64,000 nt of DNA from a virus, in the IMG/VR virus record IMGVR_UViG_3300047551_002099, positions 1 to 64,000 of that record; one strand, 5' to 3'. A program made the position numbers and the translations under genes. The notes beneath the pieces were generated by a model. That model was given only the letters and a program-made list of their open reading frames with translations. It did no database searches and had not been told where the DNA came from. Of the stretch, positions 28,280-38,727 are shown one piece after another; positions within the stretch are counted from its first letter, which is position 1, and the number at the start of each line of letters is the position of its first letter.

Positions 28280-30166
28280 ATGCTAAACACAACTGATTCC
28301 TTTTACTTTTCAAATAAGCCAACTGACCAAGAGCGTTGGGTTACTAGTAATGACCAAAAGAACAACACTCAATATGAAGGGGTTGTTCAGGCTATCTCCC
28401 CGCTGGGTTATCTAAACGGCAACTGTGTAGTTTATATTCCTAATCTGCGGATGTACGTTAAATGCCAAACGAACTTTGGCTACAACTCGCACTTTGTCGG
28501 TAACACTGTTGCGTACCGCCCTGGAGACTTCGTGCGGGTTAGTTTTGTTAATGGTAAAACAGAACGTCCGACGATTATAGGTAGCCTTAGCAACCACCGT
28601 TCTGAAGGTTACATGCTTAAGGAAGGAAATCCTATCCCTCAGCATTGGACCGAAGACAACGAACTTAGTTATACCGTTACTCCTAACGCTTATATTCCTG
28701 AAGCTGCCCGCTGGGGTTACCGAGTGACCGGTCAAGTTTATGACTATCCGGGGCTTATCACCAAGAATAAAGACACTAACCTATTTACTGAAATCCCAGG
28801 CACGGCTATCTGGGACATGCATGGGGACTACCATATTTATCCCCTAGGTACCCTAAATATTGCCGCCACCAAACTGAACTTCAAGATTACCGCTCCACGG
28901 GTAGACCCAGCCTTATACCCACTGGAAACACTCCGAGCGCACATGATGTACTACGGGGACTACGAAGGTAAGAACACTCGCAAGTACATCAAGAACAACA
29001 GTAAGTTGTCCTACGACAAAATCCTGGACGTCACAATTGATTATGTCGCAGATAAAACGCTACAACCAGACTCTGAGGTTAAGCAAGCCTTAGCAGACGC
29101 GGCTAAAGAAGAAGTCAAGTCTATTCTTCATTTGGAAGCTTGTGTTGACCGCAACCGGAATATGGCTCAAAGTCTGTTTAGCAAGATTTTTGGGGCACTG
29201 GCTGGTGGTCTCCTGGGTGATATCGGTAATATTATTGATGTCGGCGATGAGCTGTTAAACCAGATTTTAAACGCTGGGCTCAGTTGGGCAATGCAGGAAG
29301 TTAATGGTATCTTACCAGACTGGGCTCAGCTCAGTGTTCAGAATGGAGCCATCGGTATTGGGCCATTATCGATTGATCCAGTCACCGGGAACGTTGGGAT
29401 TAACGGCGGTGTTTTTAACGCAATTGTTGGTAAACAACTAGACTCAGTTAACAAGGCTTTACCGAGCTGGCTACAAATTAGAATCAGCGGTAATATCTTT
29501 TCCTTTGGAGGTAAAAATATTCCTTTAGAAGACCTAATGCAAGACGGACTTTCCATTGGCATTGGGGACTTTGTTATTCGGAATGACAAGGGAAACATTA
29601 CCATGTCTGTAGACGGCCTGGTTGTGGGAGACTTGACTCAAGCTGTTACAGCAATGGCAACTAACATCGGGATAGGTTTTATTAGCGGTGGTTTAGCTGA
29701 GCTTAACCAAAATCTACCTGATGAATTTCAAATAGGCGTTAGTATGGGGGCAGACGGCCTTCCGACGTTCAGCGTTGGCCCGCTTTCTATTACCCCCTTT
29801 GGTAATAACGCGGGCATTTCTCTAGACAAAGCTGCTTTAGGTCAGGCATTGGAAAGTCTACTGGGCGGCTTGTTAGAGCAATTCCTATCCCAGTTACCTC
29901 TACCCTTGCAATGGATTGGACGAGTTCTTTGGAATGAAATTAACTTTGGAGCCTTATTTATGGACGCCCCGAAAGAACCTTACGGAAATGCTAATGAAGT
30001 TGAAGGAATTATCCGTTCGGGTCGTTATACCTGTGTTAGTGGGCCAATTGACTTTATTAACGCTCCGGTCACAATATCCCCATTACCGCCACCGTCACAG
30101 TTTGAAGTGGATACTAGCGGGGAAAATAACCTTCCTGTTCAGCAACCCGCCGCTGGAGGTCAATGA
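28280..30166 (+). CDS. Baseplate spike-associated protein with gp5/gpV-type OB-fold and C-terminal repeats
   Basis: YEGVV..C.VYIP..RPGDFVRVSFVNG..ERPTIIGSL is the gp5/gpV OB-fold signature; follows the hub gene. Confidence 0.7.
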   Translation: MLNTTDSFYFSNKPTDQERWVTSNDQKNNTQYEGVVQAISPLGYLNGNCVVYIPNLRMYVKCQTNFGYNSHFVGNTVAYRPGDFVRVSFVNGKTERPTIIGSLSNHRSEGYMLKEGNPIPQHWTEDNELSYTVTPNAYIPEAARWGYRVTGQVYDYPGLITKNKDTNLFTEIPGTAIWDMHGDYHIYPLGTLNIAATKLNFKITAPRVDPALYPLETLRAHMMYYGDYEGKNTRKYIKNNSKLSYDKILDVTIDYVADKTLQPDSEVKQALADAAKEEVKSILHLEACVDRNRNMAQSLFSKIFGALAGGLLGDIGNIIDVGDELLNQILNAGLSWAMQEVNGILPDWAQLSVQNGAIGIGPLSIDPVTGNVGINGGVFNAIVGKQLDSVNKALPSWLQIRISGNIFSFGGKNIPLEDLMQDGLSIGIGDFVIRNDKGNITMSVDGLVVGDLTQAVTAMATNIGIGFISGGLAELNQNLPDEFQIGVSMGADGLPTFSVGPLSITPFGNNAGISLDKAALGQALESLLGGLLEQFLSQLPLPLQWIGRVLWNEINFGALFMDAPKEPYGNANEVEGIIRSGRYTCVSGPIDFINAPVTISPLPPPSQFEVDTSGENNLPVQQPAAGGQ

Positions 30167-30780
30167 TGCTAGACAAGAAACCGACCAGTAACCAGATACT
30201 AAAGCCAACCGGAACAATTCTAGAAGCTGCCGCTTCACCAGATGATCTGGAGTTCTACATTGGTAACCTGTTGACAATTTATGGGGTGCCTAACGCTATG
30301 AAGATTAGCTACGTAGCTGGAGACTTTATTAAGACTTCGAGTTTCTATAGCTATCTAGACTTGGTAAAACTAACAACGAACTACGGGTTAGCCTTTTCCT
30401 TAACAGCGTTGCAGATTGGTTTGGGCGCCGCGGTTAGTCAAGAACTCAACAAGTTAGAACTTCTTTACCCCGCCGTTAACCGGGCTTTTGGTTTAGATGA
30501 ACCTGACTTAAGCCTAATAAAGACTATTAACCCTTTTGGTATAGTAGAGGGCCTTGAGGAAGTCTTAAGTTGGTTTGGTTACGATAGTCTTGATGTTGGT
30601 ACTGCTTTAGCAGACTTTGACTATTTTAACCAATGGTTGAAAGAGCAGGAGCCACGCTACAGCACTTTGTTGATAATACCTTTTGACGCCGCTAAGTATT
30701 TTAATGAACTTATAAAACTTAAAGCTGGTTTTGTTATTACTCCCGAACTTGTTTCTTATCTTAAAAAGGCTTATTACTAA
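30163..30780 (+). CDS. Hypothetical protein (baseplate cluster)
   Basis: 205-aa ORF, ATGA overlap with the upstream gene. Confidence 0.6.
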   Translation: MMLDKKPTSNQILKPTGTILEAAASPDDLEFYIGNLLTIYGVPNAMKISYVAGDFIKTSSFYSYLDLVKLTTNYGLAFSLTALQIGLGAAVSQELNKLELLYPAVNRAFGLDEPDLSLIKTINPFGIVEGLEEVLSWFGYDSLDVGTALADFDYFNQWLKEQEPRYSTLLIIPFDAAKYFNELIKLKAGFVITPELVSYLKKAYY

Positions 30781-31877
30781 TGGACTTCACAACAATCCAA
30801 GAGCGCCCGCTTTACAGCATGGCTGGATTACCAGTGTCTCCCTTCGCGCAGCGGGTAGGTTATCGTAATCAGACCCGTTACAAGACCGACCGGAACCGAG
30901 TCGTGGCTATCACGTTAGGGCAGCTTGAATTAAGCCGGCTGCAAGACCAATACCAACAAGGTTATAACAACGGTTTTAATGCAACTGTCGGGCAGTACCG
31001 AGATTTGATGATAGCCAAAGCAATTGAGGCGTCTTTAGTTAACGTTCAGTTTACTGATATAGACTCTAACAAGTTAACCACTCACGCAGATAAGGTTTGG
31101 GGTTACTACACTTATGACGAAATCTGGGACTATATCCAACCCGGAGAAGACATAGATTACCCTGCGCTGTGGGCTAGTCTAGGAACCCCTGCTTATTACT
31201 TTTACTATGCAAAGCCTGACCTGGCTGACGGTATTCTTAGCTGCTACGAGCGGTTAATCACTTTCTTCTGGGCTACGTTGGGTATGAGTGCCAAGCGAAC
31301 ACCCAAAGACCGGCTCAACCGGCTTATCAATGCAACGGGGCTTAATGACGTCTTTCTAGAACGGCTGTCCTTACTCAACAAGAAAATTGATAAGATAAGC
31401 TTCCTGCGCCGTAATAACATCAGCAAATCAACAGGTCTTAAGGAAGACTTACTGCTCGGGCACTACAGTTCTGATTACTTTGCCGCTTTGCTAGAAGACG
31501 CCGACCCCGATCTTAAAGACGAGTTTAGTTCTATAACCAAGGCTATTTACTCTATTGCTAAACCTTGTGGTCTTTACTACGTCGCTCAGTTCTTTACTGT
31601 AGAAGCCTACATTAGAATTGCCCGTCTACTGGAGTTGGATTCTTATACTGCCCAACTACCACTAAGCCAGTTTGTAGCGTCGCAAGAGTATAGTGCCAAG
31701 TCAATCCGGCTATCTATTGCGGATTGGTTGAGCACTGCTAACGACGCGCATCTAATACTTAATTGGTATACTAATAATGAAGATAAGTTCTTACGCTCTA
31801 ACCTAATCTTTTGGCTGGCAGCGCTAGAAGATCAAAAGTTGTCTTACGCTTCAGAGTACCGGTTGACTGATTTTTAG
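30780..31877 (+). CDS. Hypothetical protein (baseplate cluster)
   Basis: 365-aa ORF, TAATG-coupled. Confidence 0.6.
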   Translation: MDFTTIQERPLYSMAGLPVSPFAQRVGYRNQTRYKTDRNRVVAITLGQLELSRLQDQYQQGYNNGFNATVGQYRDLMIAKAIEASLVNVQFTDIDSNKLTTHADKVWGYYTYDEIWDYIQPGEDIDYPALWASLGTPAYYFYYAKPDLADGILSCYERLITFFWATLGMSAKRTPKDRLNRLINATGLNDVFLERLSLLNKKIDKISFLRRNNISKSTGLKEDLLLGHYSSDYFAALLEDADPDLKDEFSSITKAIYSIAKPCGLYYVAQFFTVEAYIRIARLLELDSYTAQLPLSQFVASQEYSAKSIRLSIADWLSTANDAHLILNWYTNNEDKFLRSNLIFWLAALEDQKLSYASEYRLTDF

Positions 31878-31887
31878 AGTTTTTGGA

Positions 31888-34248
31888 ATGTCTAAGTTTA
31901 TTAACTATGATTTGAGCACGCTAGCACAGTCGTCTCCGACAACGCTAGGAAGCACCGTTGATACTACTCTTGTTTTAGAAACAAGCGCAGCGGCTATCCC
32001 AGGCAATCCGATTACAGCAACACTCAAAGCTTACCCACCGCTGGCTACTGCAGAGGACATCAAGTTAGAAAGTATCACTGACCAAAGTACTTTTATAGCT
32101 AGTTCATTTACAGAAATCACTCCCGGTGTTTACCAAGCGTCTATTACAGTAGAGAGCGGTAGCGGGGACCTAGAGTTTATCGCTAAAGACAATAAAGGAA
32201 ATAGCAGCAATGGCTCTGTTGTGAATACTATTAGCCCACCGTTATCTGCTAACAGCTCCAACCTGGACAAACAAACTCTCAGCGCTTTGAACCAAACTTC
32301 TGCTATGGCAGATACCGCAGAGCCTACTAGGGCTAAGTCTGGTACATATCAACAGGCTCTTAAGAAGCGGGGTAAGAGCGAGCCTACCAGCCGAAGCACT
32401 GAAACTCAGAAAGGGCGGGTGCCTGGGGCAGTGGAAACTGCGGTCGCAGGCTACCGCTCTCTATCCGAAACCTTAGCTGCCAACCACAAGTATGACGAGT
32501 TTAGTAAGTTAAGGTTATGGGCTAACTTAACCAAACCAAAGTCTTACCGTATTAAGCGACTCAACGACTATCGTAAGGCATTGGACGAATGTATGGAAAG
32601 GCTGGCAATTGTAATGCAGAACTACGACATTGTTGAAGTAGGAAGCGCCGCTAAAGACCATACCAACGCGGAAAACTCAAACGCCTTATCTTTCCGGTTC
32701 AATGCTGGTACGTTCTTTGACGTTTACGCTCCAGCGTCAGTCTTTAACACGGAGTACTTAATTCAATACAGCTCCAGAGCAACTTTTCGGCAGACCGCAT
32801 TAGACCAGCTCAGTAGTTTCTATACTTGGCACCGGGCGCAGAACAACATGGTTCACCAAGCGCGGGATTACTTCAACTACTCAACTCAACACTCCTTCCT
32901 GGGTGGCAACATTAATACCACTGTTTACCGTGACAAGAAAGAGCGCTACGAGTATTTGGTAACTCAGATCGGACAGGTACAGGGTGGGGCTAAAACAGAA
33001 GGAAAGCTTAGAACAGCATCTAAAAAGACAGCAGAGTTCAATGGACAAACCGCCCAACTACCTGATATGGGTGGAAGTGGAGCATCTGGAGGTGGGGGCT
33101 TTTCAGTAGACGGGGTAAGTGGTACTGCTAGTGACACAACTTTACCAACCGGGTCTAGTGCTGCAGACGCTGCTGGTGCTCAAAAAGGGAGCGCTGCAGG
33201 CCCTGCTGAAGACGTTGAAAAAGAAAAGATTTCTAATTGGGATATTAGTGTCAAGAACGACTATAATTTGAAATCCGTTGTTGGGGGGATTATTCAAAAA
33301 GCCAAGGATTTATTCTACCAGCAAGCTAAAGCAATTGTGCTCCGCGCCGCCGAAAGCTTTTATGTAGATTCCGAAAAGCATGTCTGTATCGAGTCTGGGG
33401 GAGACCTTTACTTAAAGGCGAAGGGTACTTTGTATATCAACGCGGGCGATATGGTTATTCGCACAGTAAATGGTAACATCCGTCGGCTGGTGGGCTACGC
33501 AGGCATTCAAGATTATATCGACCGCAACGGGATTAATATAGCCAAGAAGGATAACGGTGACCCCATTTTTGATACGGACGGTAACTTTGTTACTCAGCAA
33601 GGCAGTGAGTTTATCCCAGTTAGAATGCCGGCTCCTAAGATAGGCACAATAACAGAGTTTATCCGCCCAACTTCTTCTATCCACGTCCCCAGTCCGAAAC
33701 TAATTGAAGGAGATAATAGTCTGTTCACCGATTTTCTAAAGGATGTTGGTCTTGAGCAGATTACTAGTTTAGGTGGCTTACTCGACACCAGCGGACTTAC
33801 TGGTGCTTTAGGTGATGGCATTCTTAACACGTTTGGCTCTGGGGATATTGGTAACTTTATTAAGGACGTAGCCACCAGCGGCTTGGAGCAGATGCTAGAC
33901 CAGGGTTTAGATTTAATTCCTGGGGCTGGAGATGCTGTTGATGTCGCTAACGATGTAGCTGACCAACTTAACGCTTTTGTCGACGAACTTATAGAAGTCA
34001 AAACTAGCTCTGTAGAGGTTACAGGGTCAGACTTAAGCTATACCGTTACTTACAAACTCCCTGATGAGCCTGGCACCGCTTTGATTACCTACCCTACTGA
34101 GTTACTGGACTACCCTAAAACGGCAGTTCCTAAACCAGCTAAAACCGGTAGTAACGACTTACGCAATATGCCTATCTTACCTAGTGCCCGTTTAGAACCC
34201 CTGTGGCAAAACGGTGTTCCTTTTGAAGAACAAACTCCCACTGAATAA
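31888..34248 (+). CDS. Putative spike beta-helix-containing baseplate protein with Ig-like N-terminus
   Basis: 786 aa; about 8-residue periodic strands (WDISVKNDYNLKS..VCIESGGDLYLKAKGTLYINAGDMVIRT) like gp5/VgrG beta-helix; FTEITPGVYQASIT Ig-like strand at the N-terminus. Confidence 0.55.
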   Translation: MSKFINYDLSTLAQSSPTTLGSTVDTTLVLETSAAAIPGNPITATLKAYPPLATAEDIKLESITDQSTFIASSFTEITPGVYQASITVESGSGDLEFIAKDNKGNSSNGSVVNTISPPLSANSSNLDKQTLSALNQTSAMADTAEPTRAKSGTYQQALKKRGKSEPTSRSTETQKGRVPGAVETAVAGYRSLSETLAANHKYDEFSKLRLWANLTKPKSYRIKRLNDYRKALDECMERLAIVMQNYDIVEVGSAAKDHTNAENSNALSFRFNAGTFFDVYAPASVFNTEYLIQYSSRATFRQTALDQLSSFYTWHRAQNNMVHQARDYFNYSTQHSFLGGNINTTVYRDKKERYEYLVTQIGQVQGGAKTEGKLRTASKKTAEFNGQTAQLPDMGGSGASGGGGFSVDGVSGTASDTTLPTGSSAADAAGAQKGSAAGPAEDVEKEKISNWDISVKNDYNLKSVVGGIIQKAKDLFYQQAKAIVLRAAESFYVDSEKHVCIESGGDLYLKAKGTLYINAGDMVIRTVNGNIRRLVGYAGIQDYIDRNGINIAKKDNGDPIFDTDGNFVTQQGSEFIPVRMPAPKIGTITEFIRPTSSIHVPSPKLIEGDNSLFTDFLKDVGLEQITSLGGLLDTSGLTGALGDGILNTFGSGDIGNFIKDVATSGLEQMLDQGLDLIPGAGDAVDVANDVADQLNAFVDELIEVKTSSVEVTGSDLSYTVTYKLPDEPGTALITYPTELLDYPKTAVPKPAKTGSNDLRNMPILPSARLEPLWQNGVPFEEQTPTE

Positions 34249-34250
34249 TT

Positions 34251-34517
34251 ATGAAGCTTAACGACCAGCCGATTGCTAACCAACTTAAGGCTAATCAGAT
34301 AAGTAAAGCGTTTACTGTGCTCAGACAAGACCGGAACAAGGTAACGCTGGTGCCAAAGGAAACCAACTCAGTACGTCTTTCCTTAGGAAATATTATCAGC
34401 TTTAACCAAGGTGTTGTTGGTATTGTTGTTGAAGTCAACAAGGACAACACAGTTTACACCGCGCTGCTTAGTTTAGACCACCCAGTCAAAGAAGGCACCA
34501 AAGTACAGTTAGCCTAG
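34251..34517 (+). CDS. Small beta-barrel protein resembling ATP synthase alpha/beta N-terminal (HAS) barrel
   Basis: 88 aa; LGNIISFNQGVVGIVVEVNKDNTVYTALL..PVKEGTKV. Confidence 0.55.
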   Translation: MKLNDQPIANQLKANQISKAFTVLRQDRNKVTLVPKETNSVRLSLGNIISFNQGVVGIVVEVNKDNTVYTALLSLDHPVKEGTKVQLA

Positions 34518-34547
34518 GCTGAAAGTAGGTTAGTTTCTGTTTATATC

Positions 34548-35063
34548 ATGGCAGCTCTTAAACACCGGTTAGACGTCTACGACAACGTTATTGGCTCTGA
34601 TGTGAAGATAGCACCTCTAGGGGATTTAGCTTTAGACCCTTTAGACTCTGATTTAAGTGTCTTAAGTGGCTCTGAAGCGCTGGGAGCGGCGGTACGCCGA
34701 CGGCTGTCTACACCGCTTACTGGCTATGGTCGTATTGTTAAAACCGCTCGGGGCTACGAGTATGTAGACGCGGACTATGGTAGTACTCTATCTAACTTTT
34801 TATCTGCCCCGATTACAGACCTGGCGTTAGATGACGTTGTTGAAGTCGTCCAACAAGACGCAAGCAAAGACCCACGCTTAGCCCAAACAGCTGCAGCCAT
34901 TACAGAGGTCAACCAAAACGGCTACGCCATCCAACTTTACTACCTACCTAAAACGGTAGACGAGTTAATCGCGCAAGGACTTACTGTTGGTAATTACGCT
35001 GAAAACACAGTCTTTAGTGCGCAAGTTGCCACTAACTATTCTTTACTGTTACCGCTTTATTAA
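34548..35063 (+). CDS. Baseplate wedge / sheath initiator (gp25/gpW-like)
   Basis: GDL..LSG.EAL..AVRRRLSTP.G..DYGS.L..FL, DPR motifs. Confidence 0.85.
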   Translation: MAALKHRLDVYDNVIGSDVKIAPLGDLALDPLDSDLSVLSGSEALGAAVRRRLSTPLTGYGRIVKTARGYEYVDADYGSTLSNFLSAPITDLALDDVVEVVQQDASKDPRLAQTAAAITEVNQNGYAIQLYYLPKTVDELIAQGLTVGNYAENTVFSAQVATNYSLLLPLY

Positions 35064-35068
35064 GACCT

Positions 35069-36145
35069 ATGGCCTACGTACCTAAGACGATTGAAGAAGC
35101 GCAACAGCAGTATCTCCAGGCGCTAGCGGACGCTAATAGCGAAATTAAGATTGACAAGATTCAAGGGTCAGTTGCTTATACCTTTGCTCGGGGTTCCGCT
35201 GCAGTAGCAGTGCTCCAAGACCTAGAACTCAAAAGCCTAGCAGATTCAATCAACCTTTCGACAGCGGTAGGTAGCCAGCTTGACAGTTTCAGTTCTTTTG
35301 GTATCACTCGCTTACCCGCAGCCCGGGCGACTGGCACTGTTCTTTGTTTATCTAAGGAAGAACCAGCAGAACTCCAACCTAACACTTTGGTTACAGAGAT
35401 TAAAAGCGGGCTTCAGTTCACTACGTTAAACACGACCCCTTTAACAATTAGTTATTTAGAAACTCCCGTTCGGGTTCAGGCTCTGTCAACTGGTGCTGCC
35501 TACAATCTCGGCGCTGGGAATATTCTTTACGCTGCCGGACTTCCTTACTTCCGCGCCGTTGTTGGTAATATCCACACGGAGAACAATGAATACCTTGGTA
35601 GTCTTAGCGGCGGTGTTTCTATAGAAGACGACAACGCCTTCAGAAATCGGATAGCTAGCTGGCTGCTGAGCCATACTACAGCTAGCCGCGCGGTGGTGAT
35701 TAACCGGCTCTTATCTTTCCCTGGTGTCACCCGGGCTTATACCTACACTAAAGCCGGGGGTGTTTTAGAAGTCTGGGTGGACTCGCTTCAATCGCTTAAC
35801 CAATCCCAGAAGACCGAGCTGATTAACTACCTCCGGCCTTATACCTCTGACGGTATTGTGATCGCGCTGTCCCAATTGGTTACTGTCCCAGCTAACTTGA
35901 CTCTTGAGATTATTCCTTTTACTGGCAGCAATATGGATGCCACCACCAGCCGCATCCGCCAGATTATCAGTTCCTACATTGCGACTTTAGAAGTTGGGCA
36001 GAGTTTATCCCTTACCACCATTGCTGAGCTGCTCCGACCACTTGCCGTTAGGGTTCGGGTTATTGAACCTAGGGTGGACATTAGAGCAGGTCTAGGAAAG
36101 ATTCTAATCCCAGGCGAAATCATTGTTAAATACCCAATTGAGTAA
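35069..36145 (+). CDS. Baseplate J-like wedge protein
   Basis: STAVGSQLD..GITR.PA..ATG.V, GAAYN, GG..EDD.AFRNRI, PGV.RA motifs. Confidence 0.9.
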   Translation: MAYVPKTIEEAQQQYLQALADANSEIKIDKIQGSVAYTFARGSAAVAVLQDLELKSLADSINLSTAVGSQLDSFSSFGITRLPAARATGTVLCLSKEEPAELQPNTLVTEIKSGLQFTTLNTTPLTISYLETPVRVQALSTGAAYNLGAGNILYAAGLPYFRAVVGNIHTENNEYLGSLSGGVSIEDDNAFRNRIASWLLSHTTASRAVVINRLLSFPGVTRAYTYTKAGGVLEVWVDSLQSLNQSQKTELINYLRPYTSDGIVIALSQLVTVPANLTLEIIPFTGSNMDATTSRIRQIISSYIATLEVGQSLSLTTIAELLRPLAVRVRVIEPRVDIRAGLGKILIPGEIIVKYPIE

Positions 36146-38721
36146 TGATAGACAACCGACAGATATTACAGCTTTCCCGTCTTGGCTACTACGAAGTGCT
36201 GCTGACCCATGCTGGGCAGATGTCTGTACCGACAGAAGACTGTCTATTTTTGGACTGGGATTTAACTACCTTTGACCCTGACTTGCCCGCCCGTTCAGTT
36301 AGCTATTCGTTTGCCCGGCGGGAGAATCGCTGCATTAAGGTTGATTACAAACCTTTCCAAACTAACGTCCGGTTGTCCCACCCTGTTAAGTTATCGAGCA
36401 AAGCGCGTTTAAGTTCTACTGTAACCGTTAGTAACTACAACGTAATTACGAACACAGACCTCACTGAAGCAGAGCTCCGCATTGCTAACTATGAGCAGCC
36501 TGACGGGTTCAATTACTTCACACTTAATCGTGAAGTCTTTGTAGGTGACGGCGTCGCTGAGTACGTTTATAACGCTACGCAAACGGCAGACGACCTTCTA
36601 ACGATTAAAACGATTAATAAACTTCCTGTCAGTCAAGCCTACACCTATCTTTTAGACGGCCCTACCATTGATAACTACAACCAGAGGCAGACTTACCAGG
36701 CTTTATCCAAACTTTATCAATCAGATACCCGTGACGGGCTAGTTCCAGGCAGTAGTATTGCCACTGACATGGGACATAAAAACCCAGCTAACGTTGCTTG
36801 GGCTTTGCTGTATGCCTGCTCAACCAGAGCCGACCTTTATGTTTTACTGATTCTGCGGGGATTAGTAGAAGAAGCATTCCGCCGGGGTTACTTAACTCGA
36901 ATAGCCGAAGGGGACATCCAAATCAATCCGAACGCGTATTGGGGATTCGAGGATTCTTTTTTGCCTGGGGCATTACAGGATGACTCAATTCGGGACATTG
37001 GGGATAACGCGCTGTTGGGCTGGGCAGTCTGCTCAGCTATCCGGTATCTCCAAGACCGCCGGCCTTTAGATAGTAACTTGATAACTGGGAAGTACCGGGA
37101 CTTTGATAAGGCTTTAACCCAATTTGCGTTGTCTTTAGGTTACCTCTGCGCTTACGCTATTTCCCCTATCGTTTGGTGGAGTTGTGCCCGCTTTGAGTCT
37201 GGGTCCTTTAACTACGAAGCGGTCTCTTTAAAAGCTTCCTATTTAAGCGATATATTTCTAAACGAGCTGTTGCAGATTAAGTACGACACATTTATCCATA
37301 CTCAAGCAGCGCGGCTCCACGAAGCGATTAGCTACGCCCCAGAAGAGACTAAAGACCCTTACTACAACTCTTTTATTGACTATTCACATAACAGCAGCCA
37401 AGTTTACCGGCTGTACTGGAGTTGGAAGTTTGATGATATTATCCTAGACATTGAATTATCTAAGTACATCCCTGACGCCACCTACCTAGACAGTTACGTC
37501 GGTTATCTCTATATGGTAGAGGATTTGCCTTTACCTACTTGGTTAAATGACCTTGCTGACCAAAGAGCAGAAGTTTTGAATGCTACTGATATCACCGCTG
37601 CCAGAAGTTTAAATACTAAGAGCTTCTTACCACTCCTGCTGGGTATGTCGCTTTATAACGCTAAAAGCCCCACGAACTTTTATTACTACTGTCACGAAGC
37701 TACGGCCAAAGTCACCTATGTTCTTAACGAATTGAGACGGATGTGGCCGGTGGGGTATCAGTGGACTAACACAGAAGTTCTTAATACCGTGACCAGCGTT
37801 CTAGGGTCAATGCTCTATGCTGAAGCCAGTCTTTATTATGATTACTACTTACTTTACTTCCTAATTAGAGACGGGCTGGCGTTGGATAAGGCGCAAGGCG
37901 ACCAAGCCCGAAATTGGGTTAGTCTATTTATTCAATCTAAGTCTTTAACCTCAGACCAATTTATAACGACTTGGACCTATGAGTATCTAAACCGGGACAT
38001 CAATCAACATGATGACTTGCAGGCTTTCCTGCGCCAGCAGTTTGCTTATGAAAGCCTAACCATTACCCATCCAACGCCGGCGGATTACAGCACCTTAGAC
38101 AACTTTGACTTAATTGAAGATGATTTCTTTAACTACACCTCCGAAAGTAATAACTACGAAGACGAAGTTTTCAGTGAAGCAGAGAACCGCAGCATTGTTT
38201 ATAAACCGGGTTCTGCAGTTGACCTTTCCGCTGATTACGGTATTGACACCAATGAGCGTGTTAACGCCTACGGCGACTTCGTCCAACGGCGTGTGCCCGG
38301 CTTTCCCTACCGTAACTGCTTAATTAGCTTTAATATCTTTAATTGCTCAGACTCGCTCCTGTTGAATACCGAGTACTACGACATGCCGGTAACGGAGCGA
38401 TTAATGTACCGGCCCTATTTATCAATTTCTGACCCGGATGCGCCTGACTGTAGTCATGACTATTGGTATAATCCAGACCTTTATATCTTAGATGGGCCTG
38501 TCATGTTGAAAAGATTACATGATTACATCCCGAAGACAACGATTATCTTAAACGACCAACTAGTGCCACATCTAGATACAGTCCTCTATAACACAATGCC
38601 GGCGGGGGTGGGCTACAGGGTAGTAGCTAATAACTACTATATTGAAGTTAAGGACAAGATTGTCACTGATACTTGGTTCTTTGACGACTACGACCGCTTA
38701 GAGAATACCGTTTACACTTAG
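36145..38721 (+). CDS. Baseplate wedge protein (gpI / Mu gp48-like C-terminal part) with large N-terminal extension
   Basis: 858 aa after baseplate J; LRRMWPVG.QW, LDKAQGD..W and terminal MPAGV motifs of gpI/gp48-like proteins. Confidence 0.55.
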   Translation: MIDNRQILQLSRLGYYEVLLTHAGQMSVPTEDCLFLDWDLTTFDPDLPARSVSYSFARRENRCIKVDYKPFQTNVRLSHPVKLSSKARLSSTVTVSNYNVITNTDLTEAELRIANYEQPDGFNYFTLNREVFVGDGVAEYVYNATQTADDLLTIKTINKLPVSQAYTYLLDGPTIDNYNQRQTYQALSKLYQSDTRDGLVPGSSIATDMGHKNPANVAWALLYACSTRADLYVLLILRGLVEEAFRRGYLTRIAEGDIQINPNAYWGFEDSFLPGALQDDSIRDIGDNALLGWAVCSAIRYLQDRRPLDSNLITGKYRDFDKALTQFALSLGYLCAYAISPIVWWSCARFESGSFNYEAVSLKASYLSDIFLNELLQIKYDTFIHTQAARLHEAISYAPEETKDPYYNSFIDYSHNSSQVYRLYWSWKFDDIILDIELSKYIPDATYLDSYVGYLYMVEDLPLPTWLNDLADQRAEVLNATDITAARSLNTKSFLPLLLGMSLYNAKSPTNFYYYCHEATAKVTYVLNELRRMWPVGYQWTNTEVLNTVTSVLGSMLYAEASLYYDYYLLYFLIRDGLALDKAQGDQARNWVSLFIQSKSLTSDQFITTWTYEYLNRDINQHDDLQAFLRQQFAYESLTITHPTPADYSTLDNFDLIEDDFFNYTSESNNYEDEVFSEAENRSIVYKPGSAVDLSADYGIDTNERVNAYGDFVQRRVPGFPYRNCLISFNIFNCSDSLLLNTEYYDMPVTERLMYRPYLSISDPDAPDCSHDYWYNPDLYILDGPVMLKRLHDYIPKTTIILNDQLVPHLDTVLYNTMPAGVGYRVVANNYYIEVKDKIVTDTWFFDDYDRLENTVYT

Positions 38722-38727
38722 AACATC

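Noticed and set aside
20572-38721. Interpretation as a tailocin/eCIS/T6SS locus
   Set aside because: Portal, protease, capsid and terminase are present, so this is a DNA-packaging phage.
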